From positions 52,732,467 to 52,796,466 of the forward strand of contig NC_068981.1 of assembly GCF_001194135.2 (NCBI RefSeq): a stretch of DNA of 64,000 nt, given 5' to 3'. The stretch comes from Octopus bimaculoides. Its lineage: Eukaryota. Of the stretch, positions 1 through 14,600 are shown piece after piece. The notes under the pieces are model-generated. The model saw only the letters and a list, made by a program, of their open reading frames with translations. It was not told the origin of the DNA and ran no database searches. A program made the translations under genes and the position numbers. How positions within the stretch are numbered: position 1 is the first letter of the stretch; every line of letters begins with the position of its first letter.

Positions 1-165
1 ATATATCTCTTTCAGTTTCCAGCTACCAAATCCACTCACAAGGCTTTGGTTGACCCAAGGCTATTGTAGGAGACACTTACCCAAGGTGTCATGCAGTGCA
101 ACTGAGTCTAGAACCATGTAGTTGGGAAGCAGGCTTCTTACCACACAGCCATGCCTGCACCTACT
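1..165 (-). mobile_element. SINE 5' half (same family as 40774)
   Basis: Reverse complement of head plus core (ccaaatccactcacaaggctttgg). Confidence 0.85.
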
Positions 166-249
166 TACATTGGTATGTCTCCTCATCCTTTGGATTAATA
201 ACTTTGTATCAGATTATACTATTTCAGGGATGTTGATAGCATTTGCTTT

Positions 250-490
250 CTATTCCACACCATAAACTCCTTTCTATACACTAATGACCTACCTGCTGTC
301 ATGTCCAACAATGCCTACTCATATGCAGATGATACTTTAATTCATTCTTCCTTAATCTTCCCCAACCAAATGTCATCCCTGTTACACTTATACTGAATCC
401 ATGGAGAAAGATCTTGAAAATGTTATCTCCAATGGGGTCACATAAATCTTAACTTAATCAACAGAAAAAAAAAGCACAACTTATATTATT
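250..490 (+). mobile_element. CR1/L2/Jockey-like LINE RT fragment
   Basis: FLYTNDLPAVMSNNAYSYADDTL (YADD at 322-333), followed by an EKDLENV-like remnant. Confidence 0.85.
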
Positions 491-1852
491 TTCGCTTCTC
501 TCATCCATGCTGTATGTGTCTAACCTTCAAGCTCTGCACAAACCACGATACCCAGCCCTTCATTCCCAGAACAACAACCCTCTAGAACCTCCTTACCCAT
601 GTCTTTCCTGTAGGTGTTGATTTGCAATGGTTAAGGGGAATATTAAAAGTCAAGTAGTTCATAGTGACTCAACAAAAGCATGAATCTGATTTGGAAGTAT
701 TATCAAGAAATGAACATGTATTTATCAAAATATTCTTATGGTTTAAAGCAGAAGTGATGTCCAAATTAGTTATTTAGCCTAAGCCAGCTCTCACTGATCA
801 TACCTATGAACACTTCAACTTTTTTTTTTATATATCTAGTACTACAATGTCCAATGTATCCTTTCTGTAGGATTAATCCGAGTGATTTGGCTGCAATTTC
901 TAGTTAGCCAAAAGACCACAGACAGCCTCTCCACCCCACTGGCTTGCAGCCAAGTTAGTTTGCGTGACTGCTTTGTTCAATTTACGGGCTTGATACCTAA
1001 CTGTTCTGATTTCAGATTCCGCAGGAGGGAGTTTAATTGCCTACAAAAACTGGTCTTGCATGTAATCTATAAAATTCTGTTACAGTCTACGTATGTAAGG
1101 GTTTAACAATAGAATGGAATTGAAGATATAATCTATTATACACACAATGTTTATATTATTCATAAGACAACGAACTGATGCTTTAAACTGATATTTTCAG
1201 AATTCACAGCTCAGTAGGGTTGCTATTGTATTTTGTTCACTGGAACTATGGGGTTCAAGTTCAGCCACCTGTATCTTTCTCTGATGTGAAACCAAGAACA
1301 TTGTAGAGCATTTTATAATTTGCTAAAACATTAACATACTACAGCAAGATAATTATAAAGGCTTTGATTTTGTTCTATAGTTATGATGGTTTAGTTCTTG
1401 ATGAAGAAATAAAATTTCTCAAGGTAGAAGAGGTGATAAGTATATAAGAAAAAATACAGTTTTTTAAAGATAATTTTCAAAGAGTGCACTTCAATTGCAC
1501 TAATGTGGACTTTATACAATCTCAAGAAGCAAAAGTTTCAGAACAAAATAAACACAACTTCAAGAGAAATTATCAATATTTCATGGTTCTCTATAAACTT
1601 CCAATATCCTTATAGTTTTTTAAATAACTTTGGAATTTCCACATGCACATCTAGTCAAAACAAATCATTATTAACTGCTAATTGCGTCTGGAAAAAAACA
1701 TGCTTTGCAGCATTTCTTTCAAGCATTTTGTCTAGTGAGTTTAATTCCTGCTCAGGTCAAGGAGCTTCTTCTTAGAATGGCTGGTCTTGTGCATAAATTA
1801 AAAACATAATTGATTTGTGTAGCTCTAATCAGGAAAATATAATGATTTAAGG

Positions 1853-1997
1853 CAGTGGTTCTCAGCCTGGGGTCCATGAACTAAATTCAAAATTTCATAT
1901 ATAAATATACATAAGGATAGGCATATTTAAAGGGGTCTGTGGGAAAACTCATTTAAATAAAAGAGTTGGGAACCATTGAAAAGGTTGGGAACCACTA
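1853..1997. mobile_element. hAT (Charlie-like) MITE
   Basis: TIRs cagtggttctcagcct / aggttgggaaccacta; 8-bp TSD atttaagg / atctaagg. Confidence 0.85.
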
Positions 1998-2429
1998 ATC
2001 TAAGGCTTTCCAATCACAACCATCATGTCTTTTGGTACACTGGGAACTACACTGTCAATTCTAAAATTTTTAGAATGGCATTGTAGTGTGGGTATTAAAA
2101 GCCAAATCAGGCTGATTTGAATATAGAACATGTAGAAAATATGAGGCAAGATACAGCCAGTTTAAATGTATTTTTATATTAGGTTTAGCATAAGGTAACT
2201 TATTCAAGAAGTATCCTATGACTGGATGCTCTTCTAGCCAAAGAGCTTGTACAACCCTAATATGTTTTTCAGGTAAGGTATTTTTATTTAACTGGTTTTC
2301 GCGCAGAACTGCTGAGCAAGATGTAAACAAATGCAGTCAACCAAATAGTGTAAATGTGAAAACATGTAGAAATACACAAATAGGATGGGCTTTTATACAG
2401 TACAGTTTGGTAAAATTTGGTAGCTAGTT

Positions 2430-2545
2430 TCTGTCTACCAAATTTTATTGAAAAGTCATAAGCCCAGGGTGTCAGTTTGTGAGATGGAATCCTAAACCAT
2501 ATGGTTGTGAAGCAAACTTGACAATCGTATTCCTGCCTGCACCTA
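2430..2545 (-). mobile_element. Diverged SINE head fragment
   Basis: Similar to the reverse complement of the 40774 head. Confidence 0.55.
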
Positions 2546-3600
2546 TAACAATATAAATATGAAGCACAGTAGCAGTGAAGTTATGATGTTCAGGAGTTCA
2601 AATCTTACTATAACCATAATGTGGAGTTGATTTACAAGAAAATTTTGATGCTGGCAATTATTCCCAATTCAGAGCAGAAGTGCTTAGTGGCAGGAAAATC
2701 ATCCAGAAGCAAGGATATTAATTCCAACAGTAAGCCAACGCCCAAGTTTCCACAAGCAATGCCATCGTCCTATATATTTGTATTTAAAAAAAATGGATGT
2801 CAAAAGATTTTGGAAAATTTTCAAATGAACTTAGGAATACTGACTCATGTGATAAAAAACAAAACAAAAAAACTATAAATATATAATGTTCTTCATTATT
2901 TTGTTTTATAGCCACTTTGCTATACAATAAACAGTTCATTTTTTTAATGATTCATGAAAATCAATTAGATATATCAGCAACTGGTGTATGGATGCTATTT
3001 CTTAATGTCAACCTTACAACCACAAAATATAAGATATTTTCAAGAGTATAATGCAATTTTAGTAGTAGTAGGTTTGACCTTTGGATTTATAGTAAACTAA
3101 TTTTAATATATTATGTATTTGGTTATATTTTTTTATAAAAAAAAAAAAAACTGCTACTGTGTGATGTCTGCCACAAGTTTACAATAATTCATTCTAAAAA
3201 TAAACTTTTGAAATAGGTGCTTTATCTACCAACAGAAATGTTATATCAGAGTAAATAAATGTAAGTTGATATGTTCAGTTTCCATACAAACATAATACAC
3301 ACACACACACATACATACATAAAATGGATCTCAGTTAGAATTCCGGACCATGATTTTGGAACATATCAAGTCAATTCACAAGGAGAAATCATCAGTGTGA
3401 CAAAAAGTTGGACCTTTGAATTATATACAATCTATTCTATAGGCTTCTATATAATTCCTCTCTATTGATTTTCAGTCATTAAGCAGTAGAAAATGACATG
3501 TTCAAGACACCACACAGTGGGTTGAAACAAAAGGGTTTTGTGATTCCATTGGAAATTTCTTAACTATTTAGCCATATTGTGTCTACTCACAATTACTCTT

Positions 3601-3602
<2 letters not shown>

Positions 3603-3658
<56 letters not shown>

Positions 3659-3670
3659 CACACACATATA
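3603..3670. repeat. Compound (CT)n(AT)n(AC)n microsatellite
   Basis: Direct inspection. Confidence 0.95.
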
Positions 3671-3675
3671 TAAAT

Positions 3676-3990
3676 CATCATCATTTAACGTCCTTTTCTC
3701 CAAGCTGGCATGGGTTGGATGATTTGACAGGAACTGAAGAGCCAGAAGACTGCACCAAGCTCCAATGTCTGCTTTAACAGGGTTTCTACAATTAGATGCC
3801 CCTTTTTTTTTTGCTAACCATTTAACAGAGTGTACAGGATGCTTTTTTCATGGCACAAGCACTAGTGAGGTCACCAAGTACTTGCAAGATAAACCCCCTC
3901 AACTGAGTGGATTGAAGAAGATCAAAGTATGATAAAGGGACAGGAACAGATGTCTTGCTAAAGAGGAGATACATGGCTTACATCTAAGTA
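3676..3990 (-). mobile_element. RTE 3'-UTR-derived fragment
   Basis: atcatcatcatttaacgtcc...gcatgggttgga, the reverse complement of the 45870-46080 tail. Confidence 0.75.
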
Positions 3991-4125
3991 TGCCAACTCA
4001 TTGATACAACTAATTACTACCAGCCAATGAAAGAGCTGTTATATGGTTGCTTCAACTGCAGCAACCTCAAATCACCCTAAATTTTACAGGGGTAAAGGAA
4101 AGAAAAAATTTAGTTCATTACATCT

Positions 4126-4157
<32 letters not shown>

Positions 4158-4734
4158 TGATGGATGGTCATAACTGTAACCGATATGATCATAAACTGCA
4201 GGTTCCAGGCTGAAGCGAGGCTAAATCATTTATGAGTCACTACAATACATGAGTGTGGTTTGCTATTTGCCAAGTACTTATTGGAGCTGAACACCAAAAT
4301 ATAACATTTGGAAATTTTTGGTACATTACAAATTTCCTACTACTTCAGAATATGACAGTTTCATGATGTAAAATGTCAATTGAAATTTCATTTTTTAACA
4401 TTACTGAACAATCATGCATTTCTCTACAATAACATGATTCATCCTGAAACATTATTTTGCAATATGAAACAATTTTTGCTTCTCTTTTTTTTTTGATGTC
4501 AAAAATAGTATTCTTCCTATCAAAGATGCCTTCATCTAGCATTTAACATAGCTTGAAAATGCAATTTCCTTCCACCTATTATATTTCATTCTACTATGTT
4601 AATCATGTATTTTCTGTAGTTTTCTCTGACTTTATGGAACTGCTATTTTAATTCCTGCTTGCCTAAGCCTCAACATGATCTAAACAAGTGATAAGTGTCA
4701 TAAGTTGTTGCTTATGAACATGAAATAACACTTC

Positions 4735-5480
4735 TTTATTTTTGGCACGCCTTTCAGTTTTATCATTATTATCAACACAAATGTAAATCAATTTTAATGA
4801 AGGTTTCATATATTAAGCTTCAAATTTTTGTTTGAAAAGACATATAAAACAGTTCAAAGATATAAGAGTTGCAACTTTCAAAAACTATTGTCAACCACTG
4901 CTGTAGAATTACTATATGTTCTCCAGTCTGACTATGAGTGGATACCATTAATACGACACATTTAACATACCTGTGGATACAGAAGTGTTACACCCTTTCC
5001 AGTAGTGTAGTATCAGTCATTTATATACAAATTTTAATACAATCAACCAGTAAAATAAAAGATAACAACATATAGTCAAAGTAAAAAGGAAAACTGACAT
5101 GTTTATTTTACACATGTATGCAGGGTTAAACATGCAGGCAACTTTATACAAGGGCTGGTCATATATATGATGCTGGGAAGGATATGGCCTCTAGACAGTA
5201 TTAAGACAGATTTCAGATCTACACCAAGGCATTACAAACATGGCGATTATTAACAATGTAGTCAACCTAGCATGTGCCTCAAATACTGAGACAATGCAGC
5301 TTTTATGAACACGATACTGCACAAAATGGACTGTACACATCCAATAGGAAAATAAAATTTCACCGCGATTTGTGTTCACGCTAAATTTTCTACTACCTTC
5401 ATTTTTTTTTTTTAAACTTAATGACTTATGTGGGTGAATGGTGGTTTGTTTTTGTTCTTTTACATTTCTTTCTTTTTATT
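4735..5480 (-). terminator. Candidate poly(A) signals in the KMT2E 3' UTR
   Basis: Minus-strand AATAAA at 5480-5475, 5107-5102 and 4740-4735. Which one is used cannot be told in AT-rich DNA. Confidence 0.3.
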
Positions 5481-5703
5481 ATTTTTTATATATACTGCTT
5501 CCAGCAACAGATTTATGGCTGCCCAGAGAAAATGAGAGATGAAAACTTCAGGCAAATTTACAACTTACAAATAATGAATGATCAGATGACAGCATATATA
5601 CAAGCCAAATGTGAGGATTTATGTACATTTCCACCGATTTCTTATCTAAGATGACTGACTGATTTGTCAGCTGAACTATGTATAGCGAGTGAATAACAAA
5701 ATC

Positions 5704-6362
5704 TTAGTAGTTCTGGGATTGGTTGTATTTGGACCGAGGGAAGTAAGTTTTGGGTGTAGATGATGATAATTGTGTTTGATTAATGGTGTAAGGTTGTTGT
5801 TGTTGTTGCTGTTGCTGTGGAGGAGGTGGTGGTGGTGGTGGTGGAAGAGGTTGTTGGGTTTGTGTTGTAGTGAAAGGCTGGGGAGGTGGATGATTAGAAG
5901 GGTTTCCAGTTGGAGCAGGAGGGGGTACATAGGGAGGTGCCACATGTTGTGGTGGAGGTGGATAGCTACCTCCATTTGGAGGTGGAGGTAAAATTGCTTG
6001 AGGAGGTGGAGGAGGTTGCCGTACATATGTTGTTCCATGTGGTGGAGGGGGTGGAGGTGGAGGCATCTGAAAGTTTGCAGTGCTCTGATTCTGAAGTACA
6101 AGCGATTGTCCTTGACAAGGAATTTGTCCGGTGTTTGGAGGAGGAGGGGGTGGAGGAGGATGTGTAAACTGTGACTGCTGAAGTGCTGGTCCTGGCAATT
6201 GAGGTGGCGGCGGTCCATAATTTGCTGTTGCTTGAGATACTGGCGGAGGAGGTCCAGGTGGATACTGTGGAGGTTGACTGGACACCGCTGGAACTGGAGC
6301 TGGATGGCTAAACTGAGTGGTCTGAGTTGATGATTGGAGGTGAGATGCACTAGATACAACAC
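5704..6362 (-). CDS. KMT2E: Coding exon 28 (terminal): Pro/Gln-rich tail ending QSQNY*
   Basis: cattgtag acceptor; in frame with ORF 5704-6285. Confidence 0.92.
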
Positions 6363-8633
6363 CTACAATGAAAGAAAAATAACAGTCAGTTTAAAAAAAT
6401 ATTAGAGAATGAGAGGGAGAGAATAAGAGAAAGAGAATGAGGGAGGGAAAAGAGATTATTTTAATAAAAAAAAAAAAATTTACTTATGCTCAAATATTAA
6501 CTTTAAGAGGTAGAAGTATTGATATTTTATACATGATTGACCAAACTATCCTTGGTTCAGTGATTCCTCATAGAAATGGCCATTAGTATGAGGGAATTTC
6601 TTTGCATGAAAGGAAAAAAACTAGTTTCATCTGAGAAATGATTTGATACTATCTACAAAAGGCTGTTAATAGCAATTTGATCACCTCAATCTTCAATCAT
6701 AAAAGAATTTCTGGCAAAATTTATAAAGAGCTCAGAAACAGGGCCTAATTTTTGGGATCAAAGTTCTGCACATTAGCATAAATGTATTGTGAAGGTTAAA
6801 GGATCTCAAATAGCATTTTTTTCTTAGAAAACAGAGACAAAATCTGAAAATGATACTTTTAAGTCAAATGTCTTTTAACCTGATATTAAACTGAGTTTTA
6901 AAAAAAGAAATGCTATGTAAAAAGGAAGTTATGTAAATAAAATACAAAAAATAAAAGGAAAATGCAGTATTAAAATTAATAGTGCACATGGAAAGAACTT
7001 AAAAGGTTCAAATTAAATAAGTTTCTACAGATGTTTACACACTAATCAATTAATTACAGGTATAAACACATATATCACAAAAATTTTGGCTTGGTAAAAG
7101 TAATGACATCAATTCCTTACAACTGAATTTTGAAAGTTCAATATAATTTAATTTACCAACAACTAATATATTTTTTTCATTTTTAATAACATGACTTTAC
7201 TTTTATTTCAGCAACAAAATATATTTTGCCTCTCTTCTATCTTGACATTGGGCAACAGTCCAAAATATTAATTTCTCTTCTTTCTGTGCTGTTTCTTCAC
7301 CCTCCAAATTTGTTTGTGAGCTACTCTGGATATATAATATTTATAACATATAATATTTAAAAAACCCATTTGACATTTCCCTTTGCTTTTTTTTTATTAA
7401 TATGTTTCACGAAATTTTTACTTTTTATTTGTAATTTCAGTTTGAAAATATAATTATCTACCTTAAAAAGTATTAAGTGACTACAAATAGCAACTTACCT
7501 TGATAGGCATAATGTGTGTGATGTTGTGATATCTGGGGTAATGGTGGAGGAGGTTGCTGCTGAGGCTGCTGTTGTGGAGGTGGTGGCTGTTGAGGACCTG
7601 CCTGCACATTTGGAGGAGGTGGAGGAGGGCCAACTACACATGGAGGACGAGGTGATGTTATGAGGGGCATAGGAGGGGGAGGTGGTGGGGCTGCTGAGAC
7701 CACTGGTCCAGGTGGAGGGACCTGTTGTGGAGGAGGAGGTGGGAGCTGATTCTGAGTTGGCAGTGGTGGTGGTGGTCCAGGTTGACCAGCTGGAGCTTGA
7801 AATCGCTGGTGATATGTCTGAATAGACATCAAAGAAGGTATTACTGGACTTTCAGAAACAGCAACAGTAGATGGTGGTGGGGGAGGTGGTGGGAGTGGAG
7901 TACTTTGATTTGGTATCAGCAGTCGAGATTGATGAGGTGGTGGTGGTGGTGGTGGTAAAGGAGGTCTACCCGAGAGCATAGACCCTTGCAGTTGATTTTG
8001 TAAGGGAGGGTACTGTGTTAGTACAGAATGACTTGGAGCAACAGGCAATGGTTCTGCCAGCAATTCTAAAATGGAAATTAAAAATTATTAATTACTAAAT
8101 TATTTTTGGTAGGTTTCATACAAATACACTGCAATAAACAAATTTTCAGTCAGAGAAATAACTGAAAAGAAGAAAGAAATTTTTAGAGAAAAATCTTTAA
8201 CTCAAGCAATCAAAATTTATATTAGTTTTTTTTTAATCTCTAGTTTTTGTGGTAAGGAAATATTGATTTCTTGAATGCATACAAATGACCCTGTTGTCTC
8301 AGTATTTTTACCTGTTTGTTTATATATATTGCCCCAAAGTTCATAACAGTGGGATATCAACTGAAAATATACACAGATGAAACAGAATACTGAAATCCAA
8401 GAAAAATTAGTGAAATGCTTCACTGACTTTCTCAACTCACTGCTCAAAACTGATAAAGAAATATTGAAAATAAAACATTCAAAAAATCTATTAAAAATGC
8501 TGTTAAACATTTGATATTAAAAGAAAGCAAACAGTTGACAAAGTGAATAAAAACAAACTTCAAAATTAAAACAAATACTTTTAACAGCAAGACAAGCTTT
8601 TACAAAATATAAGTTTGGTTGAGAAGACCATAG

Positions 8634-8665
<32 letters not shown>

Positions 8666-11600
8666 AAGAATATTCTCAATGTTCAGATTTCATACCACAA
8701 GAGTTGTTACCAAATATTCATGCTTTAAATAAATGGCTTGTTTAATAAAGCAAAATGTCCAGGGCATGCTTAGAAAGTGTGCGATGTATGCCTTACACCT
8801 ATGTAATCTTATAAAGATCCCCAATGTAAATACATCTATATATTTGGCATGTAACTGTATTTCAGTTCTTCTGATTTGAGGAAAGCCTCTGTATTGTAGA
8901 TTATAGAAATAGTTAACATCAAGAATAACAAATTTAGCAACATTTTGGAGACTTGTAATGTCACACTGACAGCTAGAGGTTTGGTAATGAGTGGAAAAAA
9001 AATTTCAGTCCAAAAGAGATACAAAACTATTAGAATAAGGGAAGATAAGGCAGAAGAAATAGGCTAATGTTTCTTGGAATCTATTGCATCTTTAATTTTA
9101 GTTGAAATAGGTAAGAAGATACTTGCAAGTAAGCATAATTTTACTGTATACATTTCATTTTATTTCACCTTTATTACAAGCCATGCTGTGGACAAAATAA
9201 AAATGTAAATGCCTTCTTTTTGATACTGGTGTATGGAAAAAAGCAAGAGGGATTCTACTGATTTTCTCTAAGAGTGGCCAACATTATAAAACAGTTTGTC
9301 AAGAGACTCTTCTTTATTCCACACATCAATAGCATAGAAAGAATATATTTTCATTATTATTTCACTCTCAGTGAGGCCTTGTAATATTTAAATGTATTTC
9401 AGTTCTTCTGATTTATGTTGTGCATAAAATATTGGCCTTCATCTAAACAAACAAGATTATTTCGTGTTCAATAATGCTAACAACTACTATCATATAATAA
9501 ATATAAGTTACCTATTTGAGATATCTGACATATTAAAAACAAATTTTTCAAGGCAACTGTTATATTCTACAGCCTTTCTCATAAGTGTACAAGAAAAAAT
9601 TTATAAAACCTTCATTGAAAAAAAAAAAAGAAAAAAGATGCATACATTGCAGGAAAAAATGACAATAACGCATCATGTAATGAAATGAAATGAAATGAAT
9701 ATGTGTTAAGACAGGCAATGAATTCTCACTGAATGCCATCAAGGTGTAAGTGTTCATCAGTCATCAACATTTATACCTATTTCCCATGTCAGATGAGCTA
9801 TCACAGATCAAGCCAGGGCCTATTTTTGGAGTTACTGTCCTCCCAGACTGGTTGGAAGACAACTTGCATATAGCTTCTGTTTTTGGCATGGTTCCTATAT
9901 GGGGATTTCTTAACACCAGTTGTTTTACAAAGTGCATTGGGTACCAACTACATTGTCTTCACTCAAATGCCAGCCACTTTATCGAGTGTACTGGGTACAT
10001 TTTAATGTAGTAGCAACACGAGAGGTTGCCATGTTCTTTGTGAGACTAAAAAGTCCTCTCTATGCAATGTTCTTCTCAAGGCAAATGTGACCAAAAGTGA
10101 CAGAAGACAGTATCAAATATAAATATGATGGTGGTGGGGCAGTTTGATATGGAAGGAAGTTGGATAGAAAAACAGCATGAGCAACTCGATGGGACAGTGA
10201 TAAAGATGTGTCATATTAAGAGAGAATGAGTGAGTGATAAACAGCAACAGAGATGGAAACAGTGGGAGATGTAAACAACATGGAAGGGAGAGAATGATAG
10301 CTAGTAGGTGATACAAGTGAGTATTAAAATATAGACAGATCTGAAGATATTCCTCATTAAATTAAGGTTTTCTATTTGTACTCTAGTACTTACAAATAAA
10401 CTTTTGTTCACTTTGCATAACTCCCTTCTAATCAAATCTATACCATTTCAGTTCATGTTTTACTTTCCAAGTTTCTTTGAGTTAAATTTAACTTATTTTT
10501 TAGACTCATCAGATGCATTTCTGTTTTGATTATATTTAATTGAAGAAACCACTGCACATATATAGTTCTTTTGATGTATGAAGAATGCAATTCATTTTTG
10601 ATATGCTGAGAAACTTTTTAAAATATGGGCAAAAGGAATGAAATATATTTTCAGTCATCTGAGTGCCATGCTTTTGAGTTTTTATCTCAACTAAAAGATT
10701 TCAGAGTAATTCATTATCAAAAACAAACCTAATTTTCGAAACTAATTTAGTTAGTGCATAATTACAATTTTATGTTAGAAAATTTTGAAAGAGTATCATA
10801 CATAGGGGTGAAAAAAAAGATTCACAATATCTATAATGAAGTACAATAGAACTAAAATTTGGTGCAATAATGGCTGCATTGGCACAGCTATAACAAAACA
10901 AAAGAAACTTATACTTAAAAATGTGTATTTAACATGCAAGAAGAATGAAATAAGGAAGCACACACACACACATATATATATATATGCCAAAGAAGAGAGT
11001 AAATTTGCTATTAATCGCCATTGAAGAAGCAAACAGAACAGCTCATAATCACACATTCACAAGAACAGAGAAATACAATATCAAAAACTTCTCCAATACT
11101 TTATTGAACAAAAATAAGACAATAAAAAGTTTACAAAGAAAATATTTTACATATGCTATTTAAATAAGAACAACATCAAAATATAAATAGTTATACAAAA
11201 ACCTGTAAAAACTCTTAACAGTAGCCTTATTCTCTTTTACTGGCTTCAGTACTGCCTTGAAGAATTTAGTTGATCAAATCTACCTCAGTACTTTCTCTTT
11301 TTGCCAAACTGCTTAGTTATGGGTTGTGTAAGCAGACCAACAGTGGTGGTTATGCAGCGAGAGACAAACACAGATATGTATATACATATATGATGGGCTT
11401 CTGTGCAGTTTCCATTTACTAAATTCAATCACAAGGCATTGATTGGTTTGGGACCATAGCCAAAGACACTTAACCCAAGGTGTCATATATGGGAATGAAC
11501 TCAAAACTACACGGTTGTGAAGTGATGTTCTTAAACACACAACCAAGGATGTACCTATTCTACAAAAAATTTTAAAAGAAAGTTTATAAACTAAGTTTTA

Positions 11601-14600
11601 AAAATTCAGAAATAAAATACTTCTCAGAAAACATGACAAAAATAATGAAGCTACAGAAATATGATAGAAACAAATAATGAGATGTTGCATTCTTAGACAG
11701 ACCAGTTGTGAAGACATCAATACTTGTGCAATTAATTAAGCAAAATATCACTTGCAGATGTGTATACACTGAGTTTATGAACAACAGAAGACATAGTATC
11801 AGGCAGAGTTAACAAGCAGGAGAAGACATAAATATACAAAAAAACTCACCCTCACCAGAAGGGTTGCCAGGGTGATGTAGATGAGGTTGCACACTGCTAG
11901 GTGGTGGTGGAGGGGGTGGGGGAGTTTGTACAGACTGCCTTTTACAATGCCATTTCGATTCTAAAAAGGTATTTGTGGAATACTGTCAACACTTGTTTTG
12001 ATTATTCATAACAAAATAAAAATTATTACAATTCAGTTTCTTTAAAAGTAATAAAATTAATTTATATATAAAAAAAATTCTCTACCACCTTTGAAGCTTT
12101 CAATAAATGAACACTCAAANNNNNNNNNNACAAAAATTACAAAATTAAGGAACTATTCATTAAACTCACTACACAGTAAATTTGCAGCTTATACATTAAC
12201 ACATACAATAATTTCTGATTAAAAAAATTAGTTAAAAATGCCAACATGCATAGGAATCGATTGTTAATTTTAGCTTCCAAAGAAAAAATGGAGAGAATAA
12301 TTTAAAAACTGAATTATTTAAATTAGGATGTCATATTAAACAAATTATGAACCAAACAGGTGCAAGTGACACACAACTTTTATTAAACTAACTTGTGACT
12401 CGCAACTATAAATTATTTGATATAGGATAATTTCTTAATAACTTTTCCTTATAATATAGATAAGAAAAATAATGCTTAATATAAGAGAGACCCAATAATT
12501 TAGAAATAATTTAGAAAATACTCATAATGTTTTATCAATAATGTAAAATAAGCTACACTTGATTACATATCTTTCTGGAAATTCAAGTACTTAATTGTTG
12601 TCATGACCAATCAAAATAACATGTCTGATATAACAACTATAAATTTTCTATAAAATATTGAACTGAAAATTCATACCAGTTTTATTTTCCTCTTCATCGC
12701 TTTCTTCAAGACCAAATTCTTGCCGTAACCTTTCTGTGAGACTCATTGGTTTTTCTGTCCATCGTGACTCAGACTTTTTGTCTCGATGTTCTAATAGGAA
12801 TAAAATTCAAGTAAAAGAAAATAATTTTTCACCAATCAAGAATTATTTTATTTCTGTAAAATAAGAAAATTAATACATGAACAATTCAAGTACAACTAAT
12901 AGTGGCAGATTTTGAAATTTCTTGTGTACATGAAACACTTCCAATTGTAATGAAATTAGAGAAAATGACTAAATGAATTTCTATTTCAGTAAGAAATTTG
13001 ATACTGGAAAATGAAAATATTTTATATGCAGTTAAAAAAAAACAAAACAAAACAAGAAAATCATTAACAAAACTGCCACACAGAATAGAGAAATCAATTG
13101 TATCTATTTTGGGGCTTCACCTGAGTCTCAGAGATGAAAAGTGATGGTTCTCCTAAGATTGATAAAATAAAATACCATTAGTAACACTGAGGTTCAGAAA
13201 ATTAATACCTTCAACCCTTGTTAGCCCTTTCATTACCAACCGGGCTGAAACTGGCTCTAGCTCTGAGTACAAATGTCTTGTTTTCATAAGTTTTGAATTA
13301 AATTCTTCCACCAAACCTTAGTCATGATTTATGTTCCTAAAACTAGCTGAATGATAACTAAGCTATTTTATTAAATTCTTTGTTATATTTAAAGTAATTG
13401 AAATAAACACAGAGTATTTCAAAATAAATACAGTAACAAAAAGGTTAAACAAAGAAAATAATAAGTTGCTTTTTTAAAAATTTTGTTAATAAAAAAAAAA
13501 ATGACTGCATTGTAAAATTTGATCAAATATCAAATTTCCTCATTAAATTTTCTTTAGTTACAAAATAGCAAATTTAACAAAATCTATCTTAAAACTTGCT
13601 TTGCAGACTATGTGAAAGAGCTTTGTATTTTAATCACTATTTCAGTTTTTTCAGGTTGTTACAACAAAATGGTCACTCATACAGGGAAACTGACTAAAAT
13701 ACATTTCAGAATTAGATTAACAAGAATAAATTGCAAAATACCTTTTACTTCTGATGACTCGTTTTCTTTTGCAGGACTAACAGGTTCAACAAATAAGGGG
13801 AGTACAGCTAATGTTGGAGCTTTATCAGCTGGAACTGGAGTTGATTTTGTTGAGACCTTGCCTTGTGAGTATGCAGAAGCAGCATTTGGATCTTTCTTCT
13901 CTTTTAACCTTTTACGATATTCTAGCAAGCTGACCTGATGAAAGAGTAAAGAGCATTAAAAAAAAAAAGCAAAAACATTAACCCCTGTCATTAAATCAAC
14001 ACTCAAAAAATGTAATCTATACAAAATGATATAAAAAATGTGTACATTTTAAACAACACCTGGAAAAATAAAGTACAGTTGGCTTTGTGATTTTTAACCA
14101 AAATTTACTCAACTGAAATTTTGTCAAAAATGAAACTAATAACTATATATTTCTGGAGAGAGAATAATTCTATTTACAATAAACAATATAGTGGAATGTT
14201 AGGGTGGTGACCAGTTGACAGAGAAACAAAGTTCTTATTTAGTCGAGTTTTGAAATTTTGAGTTGAAATTCCCAAGAATGTAACTTTATTATTCTATTCA
14301 CAATTGATAAAATAATGTAATTCCGGGGTTGATTAAATCAATAATCTTCCCTCAAAGTTAGAAATGAGTAACACTGTGGAAAGCATTTTACCAAAAGTAA
14401 ACATCACTGAATTATGACATGCTTATAAAATAATGGTAGTTGATTCAAATGCAAGTAGTAGCTGAAAATTCAAATTATTAATCTTCATTGTCAGAGCTTA
14501 ATTTTTGAGACAAAAATCCCTAATGTTTCTACATTAAAAGAAAATGGCAGCCTTTTAATGAGATGCAAAATGAATATTTTTATGTAAAAAGGAGTCAAAT

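Noticed and set aside
2070-2330. ORF containing LPEKHIRVVQALW, resembling an RTE RT segment
   Set aside because: The similarity is limited to a few residues and the expected downstream QGSxLSP motif is absent.
5676-6362. 228-aa His/Leu-rich alternative frame spanning the terminal exon
   Set aside because: CCN repeats read one base shifted give CAC/CTC codons with few stops. Using this frame needs a phase-0 upstream donor, and nothing supports that.
5770-7958. Plus-strand ORFs rich in W, E, V and G (5770, 5910, 7725; also 33907-34194)
   Set aside because: They are antisense shadows of the C-rich Pro/Ala exons of KMT2E, with no splice or homology support.
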